Source of the DNA: a virus
Lineage: Duplodnaviria; Caudoviricetes
Direction: 5' to 3' (one strand)
Length of the DNA stretch: 36,718 nt
IMG/VR virus record: IMGVR_UViG_3300037419_000727
Location: 1 to 36,718 of that record
Both the position numbers and the translations under genes were made by a program. Below the pieces are notes generated by a model. It was given only the letters and a program-made list of their open reading frames with translations, ran no database searches and was not told where the DNA came from. Shown here one piece after another: positions 9,477 to 17,990 of the stretch. How positions within the stretch are numbered: the first letter of the stretch is position 1; each line of letters starts with the position of its first letter.

Positions 9477-9554
9477 CTACAATAAACTAACCTCCGGCAG
9501 TTGCTACTTCTGTAGCTCGGTTCTGTCGGGGGCTTTTTAATTTAGGAGATAATA

Positions 9555-9826
9555 ATGAGTTCAGATGATAAGTTGCGGAAACTATTAAGTGACGAAAACC
9601 AGATAAAACACTGTTGTGGTCAGCTAGGCACAAGAGACATTGAAGGTGACATAAAGCTTATTAAGCAAGCCTTGTGGGGTGATAGTAAACTCATGACCGG
9701 AAAGAGTGGTATGAGCGGTTTGTGAAGTTAGCTAATGAAGTACATCCTTATACACCGATCGAAAGTCCAAGAGAATTTTCTATTGTCTTAGCCAGACGTG
9801 CCGCAGGTATAGAAAAAGAACGCTAG
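9555..9826 (+). pseudogene. Frameshifted hypothetical gene
   Basis: AGGAG RBS; frame 0 stops at 9725, -1 frame continues EWYERFVKL..RRAAGIEKER to 9826. Confidence 0.45.
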
Positions 9827-9991
9827 TGTTCGTGCTGCTTGTTCGACTTATGACTTAGAGCGAGAACAGTTGCTCTAGTACGGCGTATATCACAGCCTAG
9901 CGTCCTTGGTAAGTCAGGTCTATTCGGTTATTAACATGACTGATCTTACATATACATATTAGCACAAGTACTATGTATTGTCAAGCGTAAG

Positions 9992-10068
9992 TGTTATAAT
10001 GTAGTCAGCTAACGGGGGAGGATTCTCGTGTCAGCTCCTTGGGCGAGGAAAGAACAATTCTTTCTATG
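9992..10068 (+). promoter_or_regulatory. Late promoter/leader unit 1 (terS)
   Basis: TGTTATAAT, CGGGGGAGG at 10013, TTGGGCGAGG at 10039, hairpin GGAAAGAA/TTCTTTCT abutting ATG 10066. Confidence 0.7.
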
Positions 10069-10506
10069 CCTCAAGCAGACAACCCTCAAGATAAACACCC
10101 AGGCGGACGACCGCTTAAATTCGAAACAGTTGAAGATCTACAGCAAGCAATAGAAGAGTATTTCGACTATTGCGATAACCGCATTCAACACGTTTACAGT
10201 CCAAAGCAAGAAAAAGTTATAGAAGTAATTGATCCTGCGCCTTACACGATGAGCGGCCTAGCCCGTCACATTGGTTTAAGCCGGCAGGGTCTTTTAGATT
10301 ACGCAAATCGTGATCAGTTTCTTGACGCTATAAAAGCTGCAAGAGAGAGAGTTCACGAAGATGTCGAATCACGCCTGATGGAGAAGAACGCAACAGGCGC
10401 TATCTTCAATTTGAAAAATAACTTTGGCTGGAAAGATAAGACTGAACAAGACGTTAACCATAGTGGGGAGGTGAGTTTCGTTAACGATGTGCCACGGCCC
10501 GAATAA
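10066..10506 (+). CDS. terS: Terminase small subunit (P22 gp3/DNA-packaging-like)
   Basis: HPGGRP.KF..IEEYF..TMSGLA..GAIFNLKNNFGWKDK; upstream of terL. Confidence 0.88.
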   Translation: MPQADNPQDKHPGGRPLKFETVEDLQQAIEEYFDYCDNRIQHVYSPKQEKVIEVIDPAPYTMSGLARHIGLSRQGLLDYANRDQFLDAIKAARERVHEDVESRLMEKNATGAIFNLKNNFGWKDKTEQDVNHSGEVSFVNDVPRPE

Positions 10507-10576
10507 CTCTGTGTGTGGGAGGGCTACGGATAATAAATTATCCTCGCCCAACGTAGCCCAACCGCATGTGGAGTTA
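10504..10576 (+). ncRNA. Stem-loop displaying UCCUCGCCCAA (element A)
   Basis: TAACTCTGTGTGTGG/CCGCATGTGGAGTTA, GGGCTACG/CGTAGCCC, inner AT-rich hairpin. Confidence 0.7.
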
Positions 10577-10581
10577 AAGGG

Positions 10582-10746
10582 ATGTATTGCGAGTCAACAT
10601 TTTGTAAGCGTGAGATATTCCCCGAAGACATAGAGGGATGGTGTTTCTTTTTAGATGAAGCAGGTAAACGACATTACTATCATCGTGAATGTTCTGAACG
10701 AGAGGAACTTGAATATATTGCGTTTCTGGAGGGATTAGGTGAGTAA
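10582..10746 (+). CDS. 54-aa Cys/His protein coupled to terL (not in ORF track)
   Basis: AAGGGA RBS, C..C..HxxC; overlaps the terL start. Confidence 0.6.
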   Translation: MYCESTFCKREIFPEDIEGWCFFLDEAGKRHYYHRECSEREELEYIAFLEGLGE

Positions 10747-12088
10747 ACAAGTTAAAGTACCTGATTATACAGCTTCAGAGCGTCAGACAGTCTTTCATAA
10801 AGCGGTAGCTGATGAGAAGTTATATGGTGGTGCTGCAGGAGGGGGAAAGACTGCCGCCATTGTAGCCGAAGCTGTCACACTTGCACTACAATACCCTGGA
10901 ATTCGAATAAATATGTTTCGCCGCACCCGACCTGAGTTAATGGGAACAATACACCCGGAGATCATGAAGCAGACTGCAGCATACATCAACGCCGGACATA
11001 TGACATGGAAAGGCCAAGAAAACAGGTTCGTTCTTACTAACGGTTCAACTATTATTCTGAACTACTTAGACAATGCCAATGATGTGTATCGCTATCAGGG
11101 AGCTGAAATGCCGATAATTGCTGTTGATGAGCTAACGCAGTTTCCGCAAGCCTGGATTGAATACCTTATTACTCGTAATCGCACAGATAATCCCAACTGG
11201 CCCGTGATGTTCTTCGCAGGGACAAACCCCGGCGGTGTAGGGCATGGGTGGGTTAAGTCTCGTTTCATCGACCCTGTACCACCCGAGACTATAAACACGG
11301 TCGAACTTGAAGATGGTCATACAGTCACGCGAGTTTTCATCCCAGCTAAAGTAGACGACCACCCAAGCGAGAAGTTCCGTGAAGACTACTCTCGAAAGCT
11401 AGCAGCAATCTCCGATCCGCAGTTACGCAAAGCTCTCAGAGATGGCGATTGGAACGTATTTGCCGGGCAGGTATTTACAGAATGGCGAACGAATTTACAC
11501 ACAATCGAGCCGTTTCAGATACCGGCACACTGGGTTAAGTGGTTTAGTTACGATCACGGCTACAACACGCAAGCAGCCGGGTCGTGGTTCACTAAAGACC
11601 CACAAACTGGAAGGACATTCAAATATCGCGAACTCTACGTCTCACAAGTGGGTGTTAAAGATATAGCCCAGCAGATAAAGATGTATGAGGGTGGCGAGAA
11701 TATCACATTTAGATTAGCCGACCCAGCAATTTGGAAAGGTGCCGGCAACCAGAACACAGGCGACACGGTTGCCCAGATGTTCCAGAAAGAAGGTATTTCA
11801 TTCCAACCAGCCAACAACGACCGTTTAGCAGGACTGGCGCAGTTCCACTCTATGCTTGCCCTTGCACCTGACGGGTTGCCGTGGCTGCAGTACTTCACTT
11901 CATGCGTGGAAAGCATACGCACTATTCCGGCTTTACCTTATGACAAAAACAGAGTCGAAGATGTTGATACCAACGCCGAGGACCACTTGTACGATTCTGA
12001 TCGATATGGACTGATCGGACAGCGTCCGGCGGTACGACCAACACCGCACAAGCCGCAGAACATGGTTAAACAAAAGTATAGGAGGTAA
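10739..12088 (+). CDS. terL: Terminase large subunit
   Basis: Walker A YGGAAGGGKT, Walker B IAVDE, TNPGG, nuclease-domain YDHG..DH.YD..RY. Confidence 0.97.
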   Translation: MSKQVKVPDYTASERQTVFHKAVADEKLYGGAAGGGKTAAIVAEAVTLALQYPGIRINMFRRTRPELMGTIHPEIMKQTAAYINAGHMTWKGQENRFVLTNGSTIILNYLDNANDVYRYQGAEMPIIAVDELTQFPQAWIEYLITRNRTDNPNWPVMFFAGTNPGGVGHGWVKSRFIDPVPPETINTVELEDGHTVTRVFIPAKVDDHPSEKFREDYSRKLAAISDPQLRKALRDGDWNVFAGQVFTEWRTNLHTIEPFQIPAHWVKWFSYDHGYNTQAAGSWFTKDPQTGRTFKYRELYVSQVGVKDIAQQIKMYEGGENITFRLADPAIWKGAGNQNTGDTVAQMFQKEGISFQPANNDRLAGLAQFHSMLALAPDGLPWLQYFTSCVESIRTIPALPYDKNRVEDVDTNAEDHLYDSDRYGLIGQRPAVRPTPHKPQNMVKQKYRR

Positions 12089-12199
12089 GGTGACAGCTAA
12101 AGAACTTAAATGGAAACACTTTCGAGGCGTTGACCAAACAGAAAAGGGAATACTAAACGGCTCTCTCGACAACCTTATTAAAATACTCATGGAGGCGAA

Positions 12200-12409
12200 A
12201 TGACACAAGAACAGCAAGACCATGTTGACGGATTAACTCAAACATTCCGCATGTTAACGACTGAGAAATACGCACGGGGCGCGGCCGAACATGGCGGCAA
12301 CCTTTTTGATGTCGATGTCTTACCTCTACTGCATATGCTTCGCGAAGAAGTTATTGATTCTTTCGTCTATCTACAGACGGCAATTGATAAGCTTGAGCAA
12401 AAGCAATGA
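12200..12409 (+). CDS. Hypothetical protein, possibly all-alpha NTP-pyrophosphatase-like
   Basis: LREEVIDSFVYL helix motif; GGAGG RBS. Confidence 0.45.
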   Translation: MTQEQQDHVDGLTQTFRMLTTEKYARGAAEHGGNLFDVDVLPLLHMLREEVIDSFVYLQTAIDKLEQKQ

Positions 12410-12472
12410 ACTACGATCAAGCATTCTGTGAGTCCTGTACAACTATATATTTAAAGGACTTAGGGCATACGT

Positions 12473-12709
12473 GTGATGATTAAGATTTTTAAAACACCAA
12501 CTTGTGCATACTGCGCGCAAACAACTCGCTACCTAGATATGAAGGGTGCGAACTATGAAGTCATCGACATAACCGAGGTACACAGCAAAGAGTATAAGCA
12601 ACTCGCAGAACTTTACGGCTTTAACGTTCCGCTCGTGACCGACGGGAATACGACCTATACGGGCTGGAACCTTGCGAAGTTAAATCAGATGGTTAACACC
12701 GCTCAGTAA
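12473..12709 (+). CDS. Glutaredoxin/NrdH-like redoxin
   Basis: CAYC active site, cis-Pro VP, GWN. Confidence 0.85.
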   Translation: MMIKIFKTPTCAYCAQTTRYLDMKGANYEVIDITEVHSKEYKQLAELYGFNVPLVTDGNTTYTGWNLAKLNQMVNTAQ

Positions 12710-12713
12710 AAAG

Positions 12714-12737
12714 TTATCCACAGGTTTGTGGTATAAT
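12714..12737 (+). promoter_or_regulatory. DnaA box plus extended -10 promoter
   Basis: TTATCCACA 9 nt upstream of TATAAT. Confidence 0.6.
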
Positions 12738-12746
12738 GGTTATGTT

Positions 12747-12956
12747 ATGGCTGCTACTATCAACCAACATCCACTAGGCGATACGCCGCACACCATTGAA
12801 GACAAAGTACGTTCTTTGCCTGCTAACCAAGGCTTGAACGAGTATGACATGTGGGTCAAGATAGACGCAGAAGTCGCACAAAGTTCATCTGACGGGAAGT
12901 TGAAAGCAGTTGAACGTTACGACGCGAACGGTAAAAACAAGCATGGCGCTAAGTAA
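12747..12956 (+). CDS. Hypothetical protein, near-leaderless
   Basis: ATG 9 nt after TATAAT. Confidence 0.6.
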   Translation: MAATINQHPLGDTPHTIEDKVRSLPANQGLNEYDMWVKIDAEVAQSSSDGKLKAVERYDANGKNKHGAK

Positions 12957-12965
12957 CCGTTAGAG

Positions 12966-13029
12966 TTTTCCACAGTATTTTGGTATAATATAGACAATCG
13001 GGCGAGGTCACAGGTATGTTGTGGCTCGC
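12966..13029 (+). promoter_or_regulatory. Late promoter/leader unit 2 (portal)
   Basis: TTTTCCACA, TGGTATAAT, 9 nt, CGGGCGAGG, hairpin covering the GTG start. Confidence 0.8.
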
Positions 13030-14934
13030 AAACCCGCCTCTAAAAAACAAGACGTAAAGCAAGAGACTACAGAGTCGTTTGACCCTGTAGATTTTGCTGT
13101 AACCGCATTTAACAGAAGCTGGAAATACACCAGTTCGAATTATCATCCACGTTGGGAACGAGCCTTTAAGCTCTACAACAACCAACGAACCGATCGGGCC
13201 TACGAAGGCATCACCAATACATTCGTCCCGATGACCTTTAGCACGGTAGAGACGCTCGTATCAGCTCTCGCCGGGAACAAACCAAGCTTCGACTTTATCC
13301 CTCCTCACCAAAAGCAAGATCAAAACACGCAGGTCTTAAACTCTCTCCTTGATTACTATTGGGATAAAGACCAGTGGAACATCAAAGTCATTAACTGGAT
13401 ACGCTCGTCTGTACTGTACGGAACGGGCATTGTTTTCCTTGTATGGGATATCGATCATCCGCGCATGGTTAACATCCCTCTCAGAGATTTCATCTTCAAT
13501 CCAGCCTACGCAAACCTCGAGGAATGTGACGATGAGTTCTATTGTGGTCGTCGCTATATAACCACACTCGAAACTCTGAAGTCTTATCAAGTCGTTGACC
13601 CTGAAACGGGTGAAATGATCCCGAAGTACACGAATCTCGACCAAATAAACAATCAAGCTACGTCAAATGAAGAGAAGACCGACAAAGAACAGAAAGACAT
13701 GTTCTACGGCTCAACAATTGATGGATCGGACGGGGACGACAATCAAGTTGAAGTTATTGAAATTTGGACAGGTACACGGACAGTTTCTGTGGCTAACCGC
13801 AAGGTCTGTATTGAAGACGTCGAAAATCCACACTACACACAAGCAAAGCAGACAAATGAGAACGCAACCAAAGGGATTATCCCGTTCGCTGCACAACGGA
13901 ACTATATCGATGAGTCGCTCTTCTACGGGAAGGGTGAGCCGGAGACATTTGCCGAACAACAGGAACTCTTAAACGACCTGACAAACCAAAACACCGACGC
14001 TATTACCTACAACTTGAATCAAATGTACACGCTCGATCCTGATGCAGCTGACATGATCGAAGAAATCGAAAACATCCCGGGTGCTGTCTATCCGCTAAAG
14101 GACGGCCAGTTGAAACCTATCCCGATGCAGGCTATTCCAGCAAATGCCTTTAACGAGCGCATGAACATTAAGAACGAAATCCGGGAAACAACCGCCTCCG
14201 ATCAGATTCTTAAGGGCGTTGCAGGGACTGGACACGGCGATCAAACCGCAACAGAAGTCCAAGCCCAAGTTGCAGGAGCTGCACAGCGGTTCGGCCTGAA
14301 GATCACACAGCTCGAGAATGAAGGTTTCCACCGATTAGCCCGCATTATCTTTGAAATGGTGCGCTTGTACGTTACGAAGCCCCAAATGGTACGTGTCGTG
14401 GGTAAAGATGGCGTGAATTGGGAAGAATTTAATCCTGAAGAATTTACCGATGGCGAATATGAACCACGCGTCCAGCTCGCTAATACCGTTCAGGCAAACA
14501 AACAAGCGGATATTGCTAAGTACAAGGAACTTATGGGCGCTATGATCGGCGACCCGATGATCAATAAGCAGGAATTATACAAGCTCGTGCTCCCCAAGGT
14601 CTTTGATCTTGATCCCGACGAAATCGGCTCACTCCTACAACCCGACGAACAGATGATGGCGATGCTGAGTCCACAACCGCAAGCACCTGCACCAGAACAA
14701 CCGAAAATTAACATCTCCTTAAAGGGTGATCTGACACCTCCACAAGTAGACGCTGCTGCACAAATGGGCGGAGTCCAAACACCAGAAGGCGCACCAACCG
14801 CTATGGACTACGCCTCGGCACAAACTATGGGAATCACACCTGATCTAGCATTACACCACGACCAAAACGGTACTTTGCCGACCGAATTAAATGGTGAATC
14901 ACTCGCCGAAGAACCAGTTGGAGTTAATCAGTGA
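13021..14934 (+). CDS. Portal protein (podovirus-type)
   Basis: 637 aa between terL and scaffold; IPF..FYGKGEPE..Q..LN, TATEVQ motifs. Confidence 0.9.
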   Translation: MARKPASKKQDVKQETTESFDPVDFAVTAFNRSWKYTSSNYHPRWERAFKLYNNQRTDRAYEGITNTFVPMTFSTVETLVSALAGNKPSFDFIPPHQKQDQNTQVLNSLLDYYWDKDQWNIKVINWIRSSVLYGTGIVFLVWDIDHPRMVNIPLRDFIFNPAYANLEECDDEFYCGRRYITTLETLKSYQVVDPETGEMIPKYTNLDQINNQATSNEEKTDKEQKDMFYGSTIDGSDGDDNQVEVIEIWTGTRTVSVANRKVCIEDVENPHYTQAKQTNENATKGIIPFAAQRNYIDESLFYGKGEPETFAEQQELLNDLTNQNTDAITYNLNQMYTLDPDAADMIEEIENIPGAVYPLKDGQLKPIPMQAIPANAFNERMNIKNEIRETTASDQILKGVAGTGHGDQTATEVQAQVAGAAQRFGLKITQLENEGFHRLARIIFEMVRLYVTKPQMVRVVGKDGVNWEEFNPEEFTDGEYEPRVQLANTVQANKQADIAKYKELMGAMIGDPMINKQELYKLVLPKVFDLDPDEIGSLLQPDEQMMAMLSPQPQAPAPEQPKINISLKGDLTPPQVDAAAQMGGVQTPEGAPTAMDYASAQTMGITPDLALHHDQNGTLPTELNGESLAEEPVGVNQ

Positions 14935-15158
14935 GCGACCTTGCGGGCGCAACCCGGGCTTTCTTTCAAAGTCCCGCCGGGAAAGAGCTAACGGCTCGCT
15001 TACAGAAACGCGAGATCGATTTACTGCTTGAAGCTCGAGATAAGCAACGATCTGAATCACATGACTTCATTATGCAGTCTAAAGGCGTTAAAGAGGCTAT
15101 CTCTGTCATTAAAACGCTCATGGCGTCCGATAAAACGAAGAAAGGGGGCAACTCCTAA
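14931..15158 (+). CDS. Small protein following the portal
   Basis: GTGA overlap with the portal stop. Confidence 0.75.
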   Translation: MSDLAGATRAFFQSPAGKELTARLQKREIDLLLEARDKQRSESHDFIMQSKGVKEAISVIKTLMASDKTKKGGNS

Positions 15159-15254
15159 GTTACTACTCGAAAGGGGCGCGTCTGCGGGGTTTTTACTTAC
15201 AAAAACTAAATCTCGCCCGTACAAACCGTAGATGCATCCCTTTGGGCGAGTAAC
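15159..15254 (+). ncRNA. Stem-loop displaying UCUCGCCCGUAC (element B)
   Basis: GTTACT/AGTAAC, AAAGGG/CCCTTT, GCGTCTGCGG/CCGTAGATGC, inner GTTTTT/AAAAAC hairpin. Confidence 0.7.
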
Positions 15255-15275
15255 AACAGAGGAGAGAGGTTTTAA

Positions 15276-16046
15276 ATGGACGAACAGACCACAACCGAGC
15301 AATCTACTGTCGAGACAGGCGCACCAGTTGCACAACCTGAAGCAGTTGAAACAAGCCCGGCGGCAGAAACCGCGCCAGTACAACCCGAAACAGAAACAAG
15401 CGAATCAACCAGCACTGAGCCGTCAGCTGACGAACAACTCAAAGCCTGGGCGCAGAATAAAGGCATTAATGTCGAGTCCGAAAGCGAACTAAAGCTCGCA
15501 CAAATGGCTCGAAACGCTGAGAAGGCCATGCATGAGAAATCACGCAAAGCCGCAGAGCTTGAAAAGTCCGTCGTATCGGGCTTCGATTCAGCCGTCGAAT
15601 CAGACGTCAACAATGGTCAGCTTGACCCAGATGATCCCCGCATTGCGGTCCGTCGTCTAGAAATCAAGCAGAACGTACGCGACTTCTTCGACACTACCCC
15701 CGAAGCTAAAGACTACGAACAGGACATGATCAAGATCGTGCAGAGTAAGCCGCATTTAAGCGACGACCTCGAAGCCTTATATGCCTTAGCGCTGAAAAAC
15801 GATGTTTCCAGTAAAAAGGATTCTCTCAAATCTGAGGGTGCTAAAGAAGCCCTCGAGACGCTCGCTCAGAAGCAACGCGCAAGCGCGCCTGTCGGCAATG
15901 CCGTCAATCCCGTCGGTGGTGGCTCGCAAGAGATTACGCCGCAAAACGTTGACGATTTAGTCGCCAAACATGGAGCAGGTTCGGAGTGGTATCGCGCCAA
16001 CCGAGCATCAATCCTCCGCGCTAGTGGGATGTCTTCAATCATCTAA
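15276..16046 (+). CDS. Capsid scaffolding protein
   Basis: Acidic low-complexity N-terminus, coiled coil, directly upstream of the capsid gene. Confidence 0.8.
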   Translation: MDEQTTTEQSTVETGAPVAQPEAVETSPAAETAPVQPETETSESTSTEPSADEQLKAWAQNKGINVESESELKLAQMARNAEKAMHEKSRKAAELEKSVVSGFDSAVESDVNNGQLDPDDPRIAVRRLEIKQNVRDFFDTTPEAKDYEQDMIKIVQSKPHLSDDLEALYALALKNDVSSKKDSLKSEGAKEALETLAQKQRASAPVGNAVNPVGGGSQEITPQNVDDLVAKHGAGSEWYRANRASILRASGMSSII

Positions 16047-16074
16047 CTAACGTTCTATTGAAAGGAACATAAAC

Positions 16075-16932
16075 ATGGCACTTGGTACAAACCAAATGAC
16101 CAGCACGACTGGTTCTGTCTTCCGCCCTAATGTATGGACTGCAGAAGCCCTCGAAGCTCGTCAGAAAAACCTCGTCCTCGTTCCTCTTGTTAAGCACTAT
16201 GACCGTGACATCAAGAGTTCAGGACAGACAGTAGAAATCCCTAACATTTCTAACCTGTCAGCTAACGCTAAGGCTGCTAACACTCAAGTTACCCTTAACG
16301 CACCAACTGAAACCAAAACTACCCTAACAATCAACCAGCACTACGAAAGCTCTGTACTTATCGAAGATTTCCTCGATGCACAGGCTGCTTACGACTTGGC
16401 TGCTGAGTACACCAAGAAGACCGGTTACGCTATCGCTGAAAAGATGGATAGCTTTGTCGCTACCGACATGACCAACAACTTCACCCAGGTTCTCGGCGCT
16501 TATGGCACTGCTTTGAGTGATACCACTATCTTGATCGCTAACCGCTATCTTGATGATGCTAAAGCTCCTGGCGACGGCCGTAACTTGGTTGTTTCACCTC
16601 AGGGTAAGCAAGAACTGCTCGCGATTGATAAGTATGTCCGTTACGACGCCCTCGGCATCGGCGGTTCTGACAACTCAATCAAGAACGGTCAAATCGGCGA
16701 AATCTATGGCATCAAAGTATTTATGTCACAGAACCTCGTCGTAACCGCTGGCACTCCGACTCAGAACAACCACCTGTTGTTCCACACGGAAGCTTACGCA
16801 ATTGCTGTTCAGAAGGACATGAAGTTCGAGACTCAGCGCAAAGTTGAGTACTTGGGCGACCTGTACGTCTGTAGCGCATTGTGGGGCGGTAAAGTTCTCC
16901 GCACCGACCACGGTGTAACCATTAAGTCCTAA
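16075..16932 (+). CDS. Major capsid protein (HK97 fold, P22/T7-like)
   Basis: FRPNVW..GQTVEIP..LTINQ..GQIGEIYGIKVFMSQNL..WGGKVLR; biased codon usage. Confidence 0.92.
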   Translation: MALGTNQMTSTTGSVFRPNVWTAEALEARQKNLVLVPLVKHYDRDIKSSGQTVEIPNISNLSANAKAANTQVTLNAPTETKTTLTINQHYESSVLIEDFLDAQAAYDLAAEYTKKTGYAIAEKMDSFVATDMTNNFTQVLGAYGTALSDTTILIANRYLDDAKAPGDGRNLVVSPQGKQELLAIDKYVRYDALGIGGSDNSIKNGQIGEIYGIKVFMSQNLVVTAGTPTQNNHLLFHTEAYAIAVQKDMKFETQRKVEYLGDLYVCSALWGGKVLRTDHGVTIKS

Positions 16933-16996
16933 TCCGACTTAGGGAGGGGCTGTCATGGCCTCTCCCACCAATTTAATGAATGAAAGGCGAGATTAC

Positions 16997-17224
16997 ATGA
17001 ACGAATTACCACTTGAAAATAAAGTTGCTTACTTAGAAGAGCAACTAGGGCAAACCCTGGCTATTATTTATCGGAACGAAATTGATCATGAACATGCAGT
17101 TGAGCAGAACAATGAAAACTTGGCTGCTGAGACTGACTTTAATAACAAGCAGTTGAAGAAGAAAGTTACCTTCTTAAACCGTAAGTTGGATGAGCTACGG
17201 GCTGCTCAGAATGACCAAGCCTAA
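16997..17224 (+). CDS. Small coiled-coil protein
   Basis: AAAGG RBS; heptad pattern. Confidence 0.7.
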   Translation: MNELPLENKVAYLEEQLGQTLAIIYRNEIDHEHAVEQNNENLAAETDFNNKQLKKKVTFLNRKLDELRAAQNDQA

Positions 17225-17990
17225 GTTAGCCGTTATTTTCCCCTCGCGTGGCCTGGTCTTCTCTGAGACGATCGAAGAATTGCTGCGCGAGTTGGCAGGG
17301 ATAGATCATCAGATATTCTTCGCTCACGGGTTATCACTTCCAGAGTGTTTTAACGCACCGATAGAGGAAGCAATGAATGACAAGTCGTTTACGCACATTC
17401 TAATCTGTGAGGACGATATGATACTTCCTAAAGGCATTTTAAAGAAGATGCTGAAAGAGGATTATCTTGTAGTCGCGTTAGACTACCCATTTAAAGAGAA
17501 TGACCAGGCCACTGTATTACGCGATCCCGAAGGTTGGGGCTTTTACTCCGGCACGGGACTTTTACTCGTCCAGCGGCTCATTTTCGAGAAACTACCCAAA
17601 CCATACTTTCAAACGGGTGTGTTTTGGGAAATGATCATCCGTAAGGGCGGATTGCTAGAGTTTTGGCCGCACGACGTATCGGACAAGAAACGCTACGGCC
17701 TACACGACATGAACTTCGGGATGACCCTGTATGCGAACGGAATCCGAACGCTCGTTATGCCCGAAGTCGCCGGACAACGCAAGCTTCGTGAACTCGGCAA
17801 ACCGAATACGAACCAAGGCGCTCACGACATCTACGAATTGAGAGGTGTCGTTGAGAATAACGTCATCCAGGCCGAAGACCAACTAGAAGTGTTCTTACGA
17901 GCCATGAAAGGGGTAAGTGGGGTGAAGATCAGCACCACAACACCTGACGACATTGTATACGTTAATGGAAAGGCAACACTCAAGCAATGA
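17211..17990 (+). CDS. GT-A fold glycosyltransferase 1
   Basis: AVIFPSRG..FTHILICEDDM..GTGLLLV..HD. Confidence 0.8.
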   Translation: MTKPKLAVIFPSRGLVFSETIEELLRELAGIDHQIFFAHGLSLPECFNAPIEEAMNDKSFTHILICEDDMILPKGILKKMLKEDYLVVALDYPFKENDQATVLRDPEGWGFYSGTGLLLVQRLIFEKLPKPYFQTGVFWEMIIRKGGLLEFWPHDVSDKKRYGLHDMNFGMTLYANGIRTLVMPEVAGQRKLRELGKPNTNQGAHDIYELRGVVENNVIQAEDQLEVFLRAMKGVSGVKISTTTPDDIVYVNGKATLKQ

